From positions 45,510,922-45,556,257 of the forward strand of contig NC_068997.1 of the NCBI RefSeq assembly GCF_001194135.2: 45,336 bases of DNA. The letters run 5' to 3'. Below, piece after piece: positions 1 to 12,158 of the stretch. Each line of letters opens with the position of its first letter. The stretch's first letter is position 1. The DNA comes from Octopus bimaculoides. Taxonomy: Eukaryota. A model generated the notes under the pieces. The model was not told where the DNA came from, ran no database searches, and saw only the letters and a list, made by a program, of their open reading frames with translations. The position numbers and the translations under genes were made by a program.

Positions 1-65
<65 letters not shown>

Positions 66-73
66 GTATGTAT
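1..73. repeat. (TA)n followed by (TATG)n microsatellite
   Basis: Directly visible. Confidence 0.98.
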
Positions 74-822
74 TGGGTTCTATTTTTTGTGCTAATGTGA
101 AAGTAACTTTCTCTCTTCAGAATCTTCATTATCAAGGAGTTCTTATATTCAATGTACTCATGTTGCAAGATTATTTCTTTCGTTACTTTTTTCCCTTCTA
201 TGTAAAAGAAGATTTACTATACTCCTACTGCTAACTATCTACTCTGCCTGACTCAATGTCACTCTGTCAGTATACATACATACAATATACATGCTATACG
301 TATATATTATAAAACTGCTTCCTGTCTCTTCATGTTAATATATAGATATGCAATTACAGATACTTCCATCAGAATTTTTAAAATCTGAACTGTTTTATTG
401 TTGACCAAAACAAATATAGTAATATTGTTTTCAGCTGTTCTCTTTTTTTTTAAATTTTACTTTTAGTTTTTTTTTTTATTTCTCTTCTAAACTTAACTGA
501 AAATAAATATGAAAACTTTCAAAAGAAATCTCCGTCAAAACAAACAAGTAAAAACAAAAAATTAATTTATTAAATAATCTTCATTGATTAAAACGGAAAA
601 AAATGTATAACTTTTAACCTGTATGTTAACTTGGGCTGAATTTTAAGCAACTAAGGTTAAATTCATTGTTTACATACATCCACACCTACACACATACACA
701 TACACAAACACAGGTATATATTCAGATGTGTATATGTATATATTCATTGAAACATGATGATCCTTACTGTCTCTATTCAGAGACAAAAAATTCTTTTTTT
801 TTCTTTTTTTTCCATACTTGGC

Positions 823-894
823 ATCTCTGATGAGCACAAGTTATTAGATAATCATCTGATTACCTTATATCCAGTGCGAAACCGATGATAAGAT
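823..894 (+). ncRNA. Degenerate type I hammerhead ribozyme-like motif
   Basis: CTGATGA (827-833); stem II GCAC (834-837)/GTGC (874-877); GAAA (878-881); TA (889-890); stem I ATCT (823-826)/AGAT (891-894). Stem III is poorly paired. AATAAA at about 902. Confidence 0.5.
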
Positions 895-1087
895 TGGCTG
901 TAATAAATCTATAATACTGTACACTTTGCTGAATCTATACATATAAATATGCTAGTCTTTAATCTTTGACATATATATATATACATACATACTCACACAC
1001 ATATATATACATCCTCTTGTTATTGTTTCCTTCATCGTGCTTTTGCTCTTTTCTCTCCCTTTTGTCTTCCACTTCTCCAAGACCTAC

Positions 1088-1182
1088 TTTTTTTAAAGTA
1101 GGGACCAGTTTCTTCATATTTATTGCTTTATATTCAGGGCAATCTCCAGTTCTTCCAGTTGGCACACTCATTTGCATTTCAG
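1088..1182 (-). CDS. Candidate internal coding exon of an unidentified host gene
   Basis: Minus strand: acceptor ctattgttttag|CT, donor AAA|gtaggt. 95 nt = 2 nt + 31 codons, and only one frame is open: EMQMSVPTGRTGDCPEYKAINMKKLVPTLKK. Protein not recognised. Confidence 0.4.
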
Positions 1183-1238
1183 CTAAAACAATAGAATTTT
1201 GATTATTTTTCTATGACAGTTATTATCATTAATATCAC

Positions 1239-1278
<40 letters not shown>

Positions 1279-1643
1279 GTTTTCTTTATAATAAGAATTT
1301 TTTTCCCTTTTTACATTTAAAATGCCTTTTTTTTTGTTCTATATGTGTTATATTATGATTATTTTTTAATAAATATTTCTATACTACTGCTACTACTACT
1401 ACTCCTAGTATTATTATTGGTCATCAAAAAGCATTATTATTATTATTATCATGTTAATTATTTTGGCGATTCTCTTTTAACAGCTTCAGGACAGAAAGTT
1501 TTGGTTATAATAATAAATAATAATAATAATATTAATAATAATTTCTTTTATTCGCCACAAGGGCTCATTTATATATTACAATATTACTACTACTATTACC
1601 AATATTACTAATAATAATAATAATAATATCAATAGTAATAACA

Positions 1644-1748
1644 AGGGCTGTGAAGTAACAGAAACATTAGAACTACCCAGAATGCATCACGATACTTAGT
1701 TCTTAGTCTTTACATTCCGTGTTCAAATTTCATCAAATTCAGCTTGGG
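1644..1748 (+). mobile_element. Highly decayed SINE family A fragment
   Basis: Residual ctttacattccgtgttcaaatt matches the B-box region of better-preserved copies. Confidence 0.4.
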
Positions 1749-2093
1749 TTTTTTTTTTTTTTTTTTTTTTTTTTGTCCATTGTCTTCCAAAATATTCCTG
1801 TTAATTTTATTAATTAACTACATCTTTCACATTTCTCTTTCTCTATCATCATCATCATCATCATCATCATCATCTTGTTCTTCAAACATTTACTTGCATG
1901 CTTACTTACTAAAGCAGAAAGGGGCTTAATCTAAAACCTTTTTTTTCAAGGGATTTTGTTTCCAATTCCTTAAGTACCAGCAATACACTGCTGTTAAAAA
2001 TAAAGGTAAAGCAACATTGAATGCACATTTCCCTTACAAATAATATGACATTTCCCTAATTGAAAGAAAATATTATTATTATTATTATTATTA

Positions 2094-2316
2094 ACGAGTG
2101 AGAGAAAGCAATGCATACCATCAAAGTGACATTGGGGTACAACCATACAAAGCTTGATATGCACAACACAACTACCACCTAATTAGGGTACACCAGATAT
2201 GTGCATCACAACCATATGTGCATAACATAGTGATCTCATATCAAGATAAACAGCACATGACTTTGCAGGTGGGGCCCAGTTAGAATTTTCTTCAAGTAGC
2301 CCATCCTACTCAAAAG
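2094..2316 (-). mobile_element. Truncated copy of (AAT)n-flanked interspersed repeat (family D)
   Basis: Shares gtgatctcatatcaaga(t/c)aaacagc..catgac.ttgcaggtggggcccagttagaattttcttca with 29831-29945. (ATT)n tracts on both sides. Strand inferred from which end is retained. Confidence 0.8.
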
Positions 2317-2335
2317 ATTATTATTATTATTATTT

Positions 2336-2566
2336 CAAAGGCAGCAAGATGGCGGAATCATTAGCATGCCAAGCAAAATGCTTCGTGTCCTGAGTTCAAA
2401 TTCCACCAAGGTCGACTTTGCCTTTCATCCTTTCAGGGTTGATAAAATAAGTACCAGTGGAGCACTGGTGGTAGTGTTGGTGGTAGTGTTGGTGGTGGTG
2501 GGAGTCAATCTAATTGACTATCCCCTTCCCCAAAATTTCTGGCCTTGTGCCTATAGCAGAAAGGGT
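2336..2566 (+). mobile_element. tRNA-derived SINE family A
   Basis: A-box-like tggcggaatca, B-box gagttcaaattcc, core aggtcgactttgcctttcatcctttc...aaaataagtacc, 3' ggccttgtgcctata, (ATT)n tail. Confidence 0.9.
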
Positions 2567-2599
2567 TATTATTATTATTATCATTATTATTATTATTAT

Positions 2600-2680
2600 T
2601 TCAAATCTTGCTGAGGTCAACTTTATCTTTAATTCTTCTCGAGTCAGTAAAGTAAGTACCAGTCAAATACTTGGGGATGG
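2600..2680 (+). mobile_element. SINE family A core fragment
   Basis: tcaaatcttgctgaggtcaacttt...aagtaccagt. Confidence 0.65.
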
Positions 2681-3000
2681 GTCACCTCACACACACACAT
2701 ATGTTCAAAACCAGCATACTGAGAATAGGGCTACTTATAGTATTTTCCGCATTTAACCATTTCATTTCCTGTCATGGACATCATTATCATCAAGAGACAG
2801 AAATTGTTGCAAGAATTTAGTTATATTCCTTATATAGTTTGGGTTCTGTTCCCATCAGAGTGAACTTTACCATTTTCCAATCTTCCTGAAGTTTGGTAAA
2901 ATAAGGTACCTGTGAAATGTTTCTGAGACAGATTAATCTAAGACCACCTTCGCTAATACTATGATACAAAATTCCTTTTTTTTTAAGTCATCCACATTAA

Positions 3001-3210
3001 CCCTTTTGTTACTGTGTGTATTCTGAGATGCTCTGTGTTTCTTTCAATTACTTTAAATATAACAAAGAATTTAGTAAAATAACTTCGTTATTATTCAGTT
3101 AGTATTAGGAACATAAATTGCGACTAAGGTTTAGTGGAAGATTTTAATTCAAAACTTATGAAAACAAAACAATAGTACTCAGAGCTAGAGCGGGGTTGGT
3201 AACAAAAGGG
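3001..3210. mobile_element. piggyBac-type MITE
   Basis: TTAA (2997-3000) | CCCTTTTGTTAC ... GTAACAAAAGGG | TTAA (3211-3214). Perfect 12-bp TIRs, TTAA target duplication, 210 bp, no coding capacity. Confidence 0.85.
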
Positions 3211-3473
3211 TTAAAACCTTCCATCCCAGTTTTATGTTAATCTGTGTTCTAAACCCCAGATTAATAACATCAGATTAATAACAACTAAGATGTTATACTA
3301 AATTCTTGTTTTCAAAATTAAGTGACCCCAAGATAGTGTATTTCAACAAAAATATGGCAACAGAAGGGTCTTAAATCAATTATACTTTTATTCTAAACAT
3401 TTATGGCACTGCTACTGTTAGAAATCATTTAGCCAGAATCAGTAAATGGACAAACAGTAGTTAGCTGTTTAAC

Positions 3474-3635
3474 CTTTATGTTCCAAGTTCAAATCATATG
3501 AAAACCAATTTTGCTAGTCATCTTTCTGGGGATAAATGAAATAAAGTATCAATCAAGAATTAAGGAGTCAATATCATTGAAAACTCTTTCCTAAAATTTC
3601 TGGCCTTGCAATTTATTCTAGAAATTATTATTATT
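3474..3635 (+). mobile_element. Decayed SINE family A
   Basis: caagttcaaatc, aaaatttctggccttg and (ATT)n tail. Confidence 0.6.
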
Positions 3636-4351
3636 AGCTGGACAAGACCCTTTGTGGCATTTTTTCAGGTTCTNNNNNNNNNNNNNNNNNNNNNNNNNNN
3701 NNNNNNNNNNNNNNNNNNNNNNNNNNNNNNNNNNNNNNNNNNNNNNNNNNNNNNNNNNNNNNNNNNNNNNNNNNNNNNNNNNNNNNNNNNNNNNNNNNNN
3801 NNNNNNNNNNNNNNNNNNNNNNNNNNNNNNNNNNNNNNNNNNNNNNNNNNNNNNNNNNNNNNNNNNNNNNNNNNNNNNNNNNNNNNNNNNNNNNNNNNNN
3901 NNNNNNNNNNNNNNNNNNNNNNNNNNNNNNNNNNNNNNNNNNNNNNNNNNNNNNNNNNNNNNNNNNNNNNNNNNNNNNNNNNNNNNNNNNNNNNNNNNNN
4001 NNNNNNNNNNNNNNNNNNNNNNNNNNNNNNNNNNNNNNNNNNNNNNNNNNNNNNNNNNNNNNNNNNNNNNNNNNNNNNNNNNNNNNNNNNNNNNNNNNNN
4101 NNNNNNNNNNNNNNNNNNNNNNNNNNNNNNNNNNNNNNNNNNNNNNNNNNNNNNNNNNNNNNNNNNNNNNNNNNNNNNNNNNNTGCCTCATGTTTTCTGT
4201 TTTTGTTTCAGTTCAGCTTTCTCTGGGTTTAAACGTTGCCTTTCATCTTTCTCGGGGATCTATATAACAAATACCAGTAAGATGAAAGGGCTGGGCAATA
4301 AATGCTCATTACCTTTCCTTCTGATACAGCCTTGGCCCCTTCCCAGAACAT

Positions 4352-4536
4352 GGAGCTTAGCAGCATTTCTTCTAGCTTTACATTCTGAGTTCAAATCCCA
4401 CCAAGGTCGACTTTGCCTTTTATTTTTTTTGAGGGTTGATAAAATAAGTACCAATTAAGCACTGTGGTTGATATAAATCAACTAGCCCCCTCCCCTCAAA
4501 ATGTCAGCCCTTGTGCTTATAATAGAAAGGATTATT
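4352..4536 (+). mobile_element. SINE family A (5'-truncated)
   Basis: ctgagttcaaatccc, aggtcgactttgcc, aaaataagtacc, gcccttgtgcttata. Confidence 0.88.
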
Positions 4537-4571
4537 TAATTTTGTTTTTTTACATTGGAATTTCAAATGCT

Positions 4572-4790
4572 GATCAGTTCAGCAAAGGACAAAATGCCGA
4601 AATGCTTTTTGTCGTTCACTTAAGTTCAGGGATCAAATCTTATCAAGGTTAACATGGCTTTTTAATTCTCCTAGGTTTATGAAATAAAGTAGAAATCAAG
4701 CACTAGGGAGTTAATCTATTCAATTGTTCCCTTCCTTACGCCTTCTCTCTACCAAAAATTTCTGGTCTTGTGCTTATGCAAAAATTTATT
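4572..4790 (+). mobile_element. Decayed SINE family A
   Basis: caaaatgc, aaggttaac, aaaatttctggtcttgtgctta and (ATT)n tail. Confidence 0.65.
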
Positions 4791-4972
4791 ATTATTATTA
4801 TTATTATTATTGTTATTATTATTCTTTAGGTGTCTTTCAATATTTTCTATATATAGTTCTTTTGAAAATAATACTCTTTCCAGCATCCACATTTTTCTTT
4901 CCATATATTCTGCTTATAACATGTATTTACTATTATTATTATTATTATTATTATTATCATCATCATCGTCAT

Positions 4973-5195
4973 TAAGGTGACAAGCTGGCAGAATCGTTAA
5001 CACATCAGGCAAAATGCTGAGTGGCATTTCATCTGTTTTTGCATTCTGGATTCAAATTCCACCAAAGTCGACGACTTTGTCTTTCATCCTTTCCAAGGTC
5101 GGTAAAACAAGTACCAGTTGAACACTGGGATGTCAATGTATTCGACCCTCTCCCCACAAAAACTTGCTGGCCTTGTGCCAAAACTTGAAACTATT
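4973..5195 (+). mobile_element. SINE family A, near full length
   Basis: agctggcagaatcgtta (A box), ttcaaattcc (B box), core, ggccttgtgcc and a long (ATT)n tail. Confidence 0.92.
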
Positions 5196-5199
5196 ATTA

Positions 5200-5256
<57 letters not shown>

Positions 5257-6086
5257 TTGATTGTCTTCCTATTAAATTAGCAAATGTTTTCAAAAGCCTT
5301 GCATGGGAGAATGGACAAATATTCTTCAAAATGAAACCGAGACTAATATTACCGATATATATNNNNNNNNNNNNNNNNNNNNNNNNNNNNNNNNNNNNNN
5401 NNNNNNNNNNNNNNNNNNNNNNNNNNNNNNNNNNNNNNNNNNNNNNNNNNNNNNNNNNNNNNNNNNNNNNNNNNNNNNNNNNNNNNNNNNNNNNNNNNNN
5501 NNNNNNNNNNNNNNNNNNNNNNNNNNNNNNNNNNNNNNNNNNNNNNNNNNNNNNNNNNNNNNNNNNNNNNATATATATATATATATACATTCAGCCATAC
5601 ATGTGTATGTATGCATATATATATAGAGAGAGAAAGTGAGGGTAAAAGGAAAGAGTTCTCTGTGGTTCATTTTTTAAAATTAAATCTATGATATATCATT
5701 GAAATTTGTATTAATTGTTTTTTTAATGTAGACGGTATACTCATAGATATGTATATATGTATGTCTATACGTAAAAGATATTTGTGTGTGTGTGTATGTA
5801 AGTTGTTTTGTATGTGTGCCTGCCTACATATAGGCAAGATGATGGGTTTTTTTTTTTTAAAACCCTTAAAATGCAGTTATCAGATCTTCTCATTTTTGCC
5901 ATCCTTCCTTCTTCCATTTTTCTCTTTCAATGCCCTCCTCCTGAAACCCATGGACAAATCTTACTCAGGGTGGGCTACAGGACGGTGAGGTAAGATAATC
6001 AACTGGGCAAGCATTGAACATTTTATTTCAAACTTATTTCGTAATCATTTTCTATGTCCAACATCTTTTTTTTTTTTTTTTTCCAT

Positions 6087-6453
6087 TGGTATATGGGACC
6101 AGTAGATGTCCATATATATATATACCCGTATGTTATGGTAACAAATAATATAGTATACATATATAGGGCCGATAACATTGTCTATGAATACATATGTATA
6201 TATGGGGGCCAACGACAAGATTCTGTATTGTCCATGTATTTGTGTATGTATATAAGGGGTTAATAGTATGTGTTTGCATATATGGGGTCAACAAGATTAT
6301 GAGCTGTCTATGTATGTCTAAGTATATATGGAGCCAATAGCATTATGTATGCGTATATATGTGTATTTCCCATGTATGTGTATGCATATATGAGACCAAT
6401 AACATTGTTTGTGTGTATGTTTGTATATATGGCATCAGCAAGATTGTGTATGC

Positions 6454-6487
<34 letters not shown>

Positions 6488-6510
6488 GAGGCCTGTGACA
6501 TAAAGTATGT
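6087..6510. repeat. Degenerate minisatellite with core tatatggggccaa(c/t)aacattgtgtatg
   Basis: The core recurs about 8-9 times at irregular ~40-60 bp spacing. Confidence 0.7.
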
Positions 6511-7780
6511 GTGCATGCATTCCAATCCTTTGTTTCTGATATATATGATTTAAGTGACAGAAATGAAATTAGATCAAATTTCTGACTAATTATATGAATC
6601 CCTAGGTTATGAGTTCAAATCTTGCTAGCTAAAAATATTGTGGGGTTTGCCTAATTCAGTTCTGTACACTGCCTTCACTTAACAACATTAGGTAATATTG
6701 TTGTTTCAGGCGTAAAAGTTAGCTGGATAAAACTGGCATCCTATACTGAGGTGTCTTGTAAAAGCACTAGACAATTATACAGTGCTCCCATTGTTTGCAG
6801 CAGTGAACTGTGCCTCCCTCCTTTTCTCTCACACATTCTGTCCTAGTGGAACCTATCTGGAACTAATTTGGTTGAATATATTGTATTTGCTGGGCTACAT
6901 ATTGCACTGTCTGTAGAATCAGAATCCAGCCCCTTCAGCTCCTTAAAAACCATGGACCAGTATCCTAATATTCAGCAACCTTGTATATCCTAGCTATTCT
7001 TTACTAATTTTTCGCTTTATGCAAATTATTTGGGGCCATAAATGTTGCTTATTCCTATTTTTGTGTATATGTCTCTGCTTTATGTTGGCTGGAGTTAAGA
7101 TTAGGCAATGCTGTGCTGATGATGCCCATTGAGGCTGAAAAGTGTTTACAGTTGTCTTTTTGTCTCCTAAAAAACAACCACCCAAAACATGTCTTTTTTG
7201 TTAATGATTTGTTAATACACAAATTTGATTGTTTATCATTATCTCCCCTTTCCATTTGGAGTCCTTTCCATTTGTCACTATTTCTAAATTTAATTTTTTA
7301 TTTTTGCTTTCTATCAAAGCTCAGATAATTTCAGTAACTCAAGAATCTATCTTGTATAGTATTTAGTATATCTTTCTTCATCTTTGCTGTTCAAATTCGT
7401 GCTCCTGGCCATTCTGAGATATTTTTCTTGGCTTATTTTCCTTTCATATATATATAAATTCATAAAGAGGCTTAGATTTCAGCTACCCCCCCCTCCTTAT
7501 TTTTATTCTTCTTTAATTTTTCTCATGCTGTTGTGGTAATCATGCTGATCCTCTTTATCTGCTGATAAAGATGGAAACGGTACACCAGACAGAATTTGGG
7601 GGATTTTTTTGCCCCGTAAGAATTCTTTTTTTTTCTTTTTTTACTGTCCCTTCATTCTTCAAAATCCTAGTTTTCTTGTGAATTGACTAACCTTTTCCAA
7701 AACCTCTGCCAGTTTTTATTTGTTCATTCATTGGCTTTCTCTACTTAGTACCAAATTATTATTTCCATCATCGTCATTGC

Positions 7781-7829
<49 letters not shown>

Positions 7830-7831
<2 letters not shown>

Positions 7832-8044
7832 GGTGGTGAGCTTAGCAGAATTGGTAGCACACGAGGCAAAATGCTCAGCAGCATTTTGTCTGTCTTTACG
7901 TTCTGAGTTCAAATTCTGCCGAGGTCAACTTTGCCTTTCATTCTCCTGGGTCAGTGAAATAAGTATCAGTAGAGCACTGGAATCAATTTAATCAACATAC
8001 CCCACCCCCCTAAAATTTCAGGCCTTGTGCCTATAATAGAAAGA

Positions 8045-8047
<3 letters not shown>
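7830..8047 (+). mobile_element. SINE family A, full length
   Basis: ggtggtgagcttagcagaattgg, ctgagttcaaattc, gaggtcaactttgcctttc, ggccttgtgcctataatag; (ATT)n on both sides. Confidence 0.92.
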
Positions 8048-8077
<30 letters not shown>

Positions 8078-8179
8078 GTTATTATTAGATAGAGAGAGGA
8101 GTCAATCGTATACAAAAGTAATAAAAACCCTTCTCTCTATCTATTACATTTCTGCTGAGTTACTTCAGTCCTTTATATG

Positions 8180-8181
<2 letters not shown>

Positions 8182-8210
<29 letters not shown>

Positions 8211-8925
8211 GTCTTGACTTAGGATTGGTTTTATTCTTGGTAGAATTTATGTGGCTAGTAGGTTACTATCTGTAGCCCTAAATATTCATATAATTTCACT
8301 TAGGCATCAAGTGTTCAGAGCCCTTCTGATGAGTTTTCCTATTCCTAAGATGTAAACCTTCTGTAGAAGCTCTACAAGACATTCCATTCCAGTCTTCTTT
8401 ACCCATTGGTCTATTTCATTACTCTCAGTTCCTAACGCACCAATTATCACAAGTAAAATCTTTTAAAGATTTCACATTCCAAATCCTCACAATCTCAAAT
8501 TTTAAGGGGTTGTAGTTCTTCAACTTTTCATCTGCTTGATGGACATGATGGATCATTCAGTAAGTGCTGGTTTGTTATGTTCCATTTGAATGGGAAAATT
8601 CCACAAGATCTTGATGTTTCCAACTGAAGCACTCTTTCTACCTGATGATGGTACCATGTACTTCTTTCTTCAAACACCCATTTTTGACAAAGCTTCCAGT
8701 GTAAAACTTTTACAACTTATATTCTTAGGCCAACTTTAGGCATTCTGCAACAATGTATGCCATTGTTTCATCCCAAATTCCATACACCATACGTTTTGTT
8801 GAGACCTCCATGCCATATACATATTTTCTCAAATCGTTTGTTAACAATACTTCCTCTTGAGCTGCAATAAAAAGGCTTTCTGTATCTTTTTCCAATTGTC
8901 CCTTTTTCAAAACTTAACATGCTGC
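8182..8925 (-). mobile_element. Decayed 3' end of an R4/Dong-like (restriction-like endonuclease) non-LTR retrotransposon
   Basis: Minus-strand translation with frameshifts: KKGQLEKDTESLFIAAQEEVLLTN, a degenerate CCHC knuckle (ETMAYIVAECLKLA), KILWNFPIQ, VIIGALG, LLQKVYILGIGKLIRRALNT* (stop at 8307-8309), then a short 3' UTR and an (AAT)n tail. Matches the RLE-clade C-terminal pattern ETES..AAQ / KILWDF.IQ / VVIGALG / LQK..LLG...LR..L. Confidence 0.88.
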
Positions 8926-9385
8926 TGCTTTTGTACACATGATGATCTGTTTAGAAGTAATACTGCTGCTGCTACTACTACCACTGCTACTACTACTACT
9001 ACTACTACTACTGCTACTACTACTACTATTTGTTAAGTTTTATAAATTCATCAAATTTATTGTCGCCATTATCCTTCATCTTTATCATCAGCACCACAGG
9101 GTGTAGGACATGTCAGACAATAATCCTGACTGTTATAAGATTAAATCTTACATTAGCTGAATGACCTTTCCTTCACATTGTCCAGTATTCAGTCACAGAA
9201 ATACCAGTAAGATATTGGGGGTAGAGTTATGTTTGTGTATTTGTATATTATATGTCTGTCTACTTCCATTACCTGAAGTTCTCAATGTGAATTAACAATA
9301 TATGGCTAGCACCAACATACATAAAGATTCTCTCTGTGGCAACTTGCTAGTTATAATAATAATAATGACAATGATGATGATGATG

Positions 9386-9433
<48 letters not shown>

Positions 9434-9815
9434 GTGATAATGGTATTGGTGAGAATACTGATGATAAAAAATAAAATACTACTGTGGCTTTGAAAAGATT
9501 TATATTTTAATTTCTTTATATATTAATCTTCTCCTTGTCTATCTTTCTCCCTCCCTCCTCTCTCTCTCTTTCTCTCTCTCTCTCTTTCTCTTTCTCTCAC
9601 TCTGTCTCAATTGTATTTGTCTTTCCTTGAATCAATGTCACTTGGCTTTAGAGGTGAAGTAAATTAGTTTTTACTACCACCACCACCACAACTATTACTA
9701 CTACTACTACTACTACTTATAAAAATAATAATAACGAATATAGGCTATATAAATAAAGTAGGGGCTGTGATGATAGTACTGCTGCTGATGAGAAATATGT
9801 GAATGTGCAAATGTA

Positions 9816-9940
<125 letters not shown>

Positions 9941-9989
9941 ATATATGTATGCATATATGTATGTATATATTTTTGTATATGTATCTGGG

Positions 9990-10020
<31 letters not shown>

Positions 10021-10289
10021 GCATATATGTGTGTATATGTATACAGTTGATTAAAATATATAAAATGAAATAAAAGGTTCAAACACTATTCTCTCTCTCT
10101 CTCTCCCCTTTATCACCTCCAAAATTTGATTTTTATTTTATTTTTTTTATAACATATCTCTTTTCTCCCAGTGATATATATCATATTGAAGCTCTTTCAT
10201 ATACACATATGTGTACACACATTCTGTGTGTATATATATATATATGTATGTATATGTATATATACACATACATATATAGATGTACACAC

Positions 10290-10326
<37 letters not shown>

Positions 10327-10507
10327 TGTATGTATGTGTAATGTAAATTGTCATCATCATCATCACCATCATCAATAATATCTGTTATAAACCAACATAA
10401 ACAAAACCAGGGACTGAAATTTTTATTGTCTGTCTGTCAGTGTGTATACATTTTTATGTATGTTTAGATTCATGTGTGTATGCTTTGTTGTCATTTGTAT
10501 ATACTAT

Positions 10508-10544
<37 letters not shown>

Positions 10545-10893
10545 NNNNNNNNNNNNNNNNNNNNNNNNNNNNNNNNNNNNNNNNNNNNNNNNNNNNNNNN
10601 NNNNNNNNNNNNNNNNNNNNNNNNNNNNNNNNNNNNNNNNNNNNNNNNNNNNNNNNNNNNNNNNNNNNNNNNNNNNNNNNNNNNNNNNNNNNNNNNNNNN
10701 NNNNNNNNNNNNNNNNNNNNNNNNNNNNNNNNNNNNNNNNNNNNNNNNNNNNNNNNNNNNNNNTTTATTATAGTGCATTTCAGGGGAAACCTTTTTTTTT
10801 CTCTTTTATTGCTCAAGGGTTGGTGGGGTCATTTTTATTTTGTCTTTCTTTGTTTTGGTAAGGTTTTTGAATGTTGTGTATGTAAAAGGTGAT

Positions 10894-10937
<44 letters not shown>

Positions 10938-12125
10938 CATACATATCTATTTATGTATATATATATATATATCATATAAATCATGTATGTGTGTGTGTCA
11001 TATACATATATATCATATATGTGATATATGATATATATATGTATCTCATAATATATGTATATATATATATATACACATATTTCATACATATAAAAATTTT
11101 ATATATATGTGTGTATGTATGTACATACATATATATGTTTGCCTAGGCTCAAATATTTTATAACCCCCTCCCCACCAAAAAAATTAAATTAAAAAAATGT
11201 TTTTAAATCGTACATAATAATTTTTTTTTTTTTTTAATATTTTCTTTTAAATTAAATTCTTGCACTTACTTACTCTTTCTCTTCTTGTTATTATTGCCAA
11301 AGTGTGAAAGGGTACATGCATCATGACCTCCCAACCTTAAAAATAAAAAATTAACACCTATAAAAAATTACGAACATATAGATAAAAAAAAAAACAGGGT
11401 GTTTTTCAATTATTGAAATGTGCTCATCCCTTTCCTCTTCTTTCCCTCATTTTTCTGTCTCCCTATAAAATGCAACGCAATAATAACATCAATAATAATA
11501 ATAACAACCCTGAAATATTTCATTGTTATTTTTAGTTTATCTTACTTAAAAGACAATAATCAGCTCAATTCTATCTTTTTTTTTCCATGTTTTATTATAT
11601 TATTGATTAATTTATCGTTGTATATTAAAAATGAAAATGAAAACGGTAATGATAATGTAATTAATAAATATTAATAATAATAATAATAATAAGGTAAATA
11701 TTTTTCTAATAGTGTAACCCCCCCCCCCTGCTCACACATGCAGATGTCATTAAAATACTATCAACATCAAGAATATTACAGAATAAATGGGTTTGACTGG
11801 GGTTTTTTTATATGTACATCTGAATGTGTATTCATCTGTACATATACATATGTCTGTGTGTATGGGTGTATAGACATCTACATAGAAAATATGTGTGTGT
11901 ATGTATGTATATATATATATTATGTATATGTATGAACATATATATAATTAAGTGCATGTATATATGTATATATACACACACATTATATAGAGATGTTTAT
12001 GTGTATGTAGTGATGTTGTAATGCATGGTAAATGGAATCCATATTTGATAACAAAATTAAAAGTAAACAACATCCAGCAGCTCGTTAAAAATTATTTCTT
12101 TAGGCTGCATGTCTGTCTGTCTGTC

Positions 12126-12158
<33 letters not shown>

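Noticed and set aside
7110-7155. CTGATGA-tGCC...GGCt-GAAA hammerhead-like string
   Set aside because: U.U at 10.1/11.1 and stem I breaks after 2 bp; compatible with chance.
7561-7620. ADKDGNGTPD EF-hand-like peptide with a downstream GTAAG
   Set aside because: In-frame stop 5 codons upstream, no acceptor AG in between, and position 12 is W rather than E.
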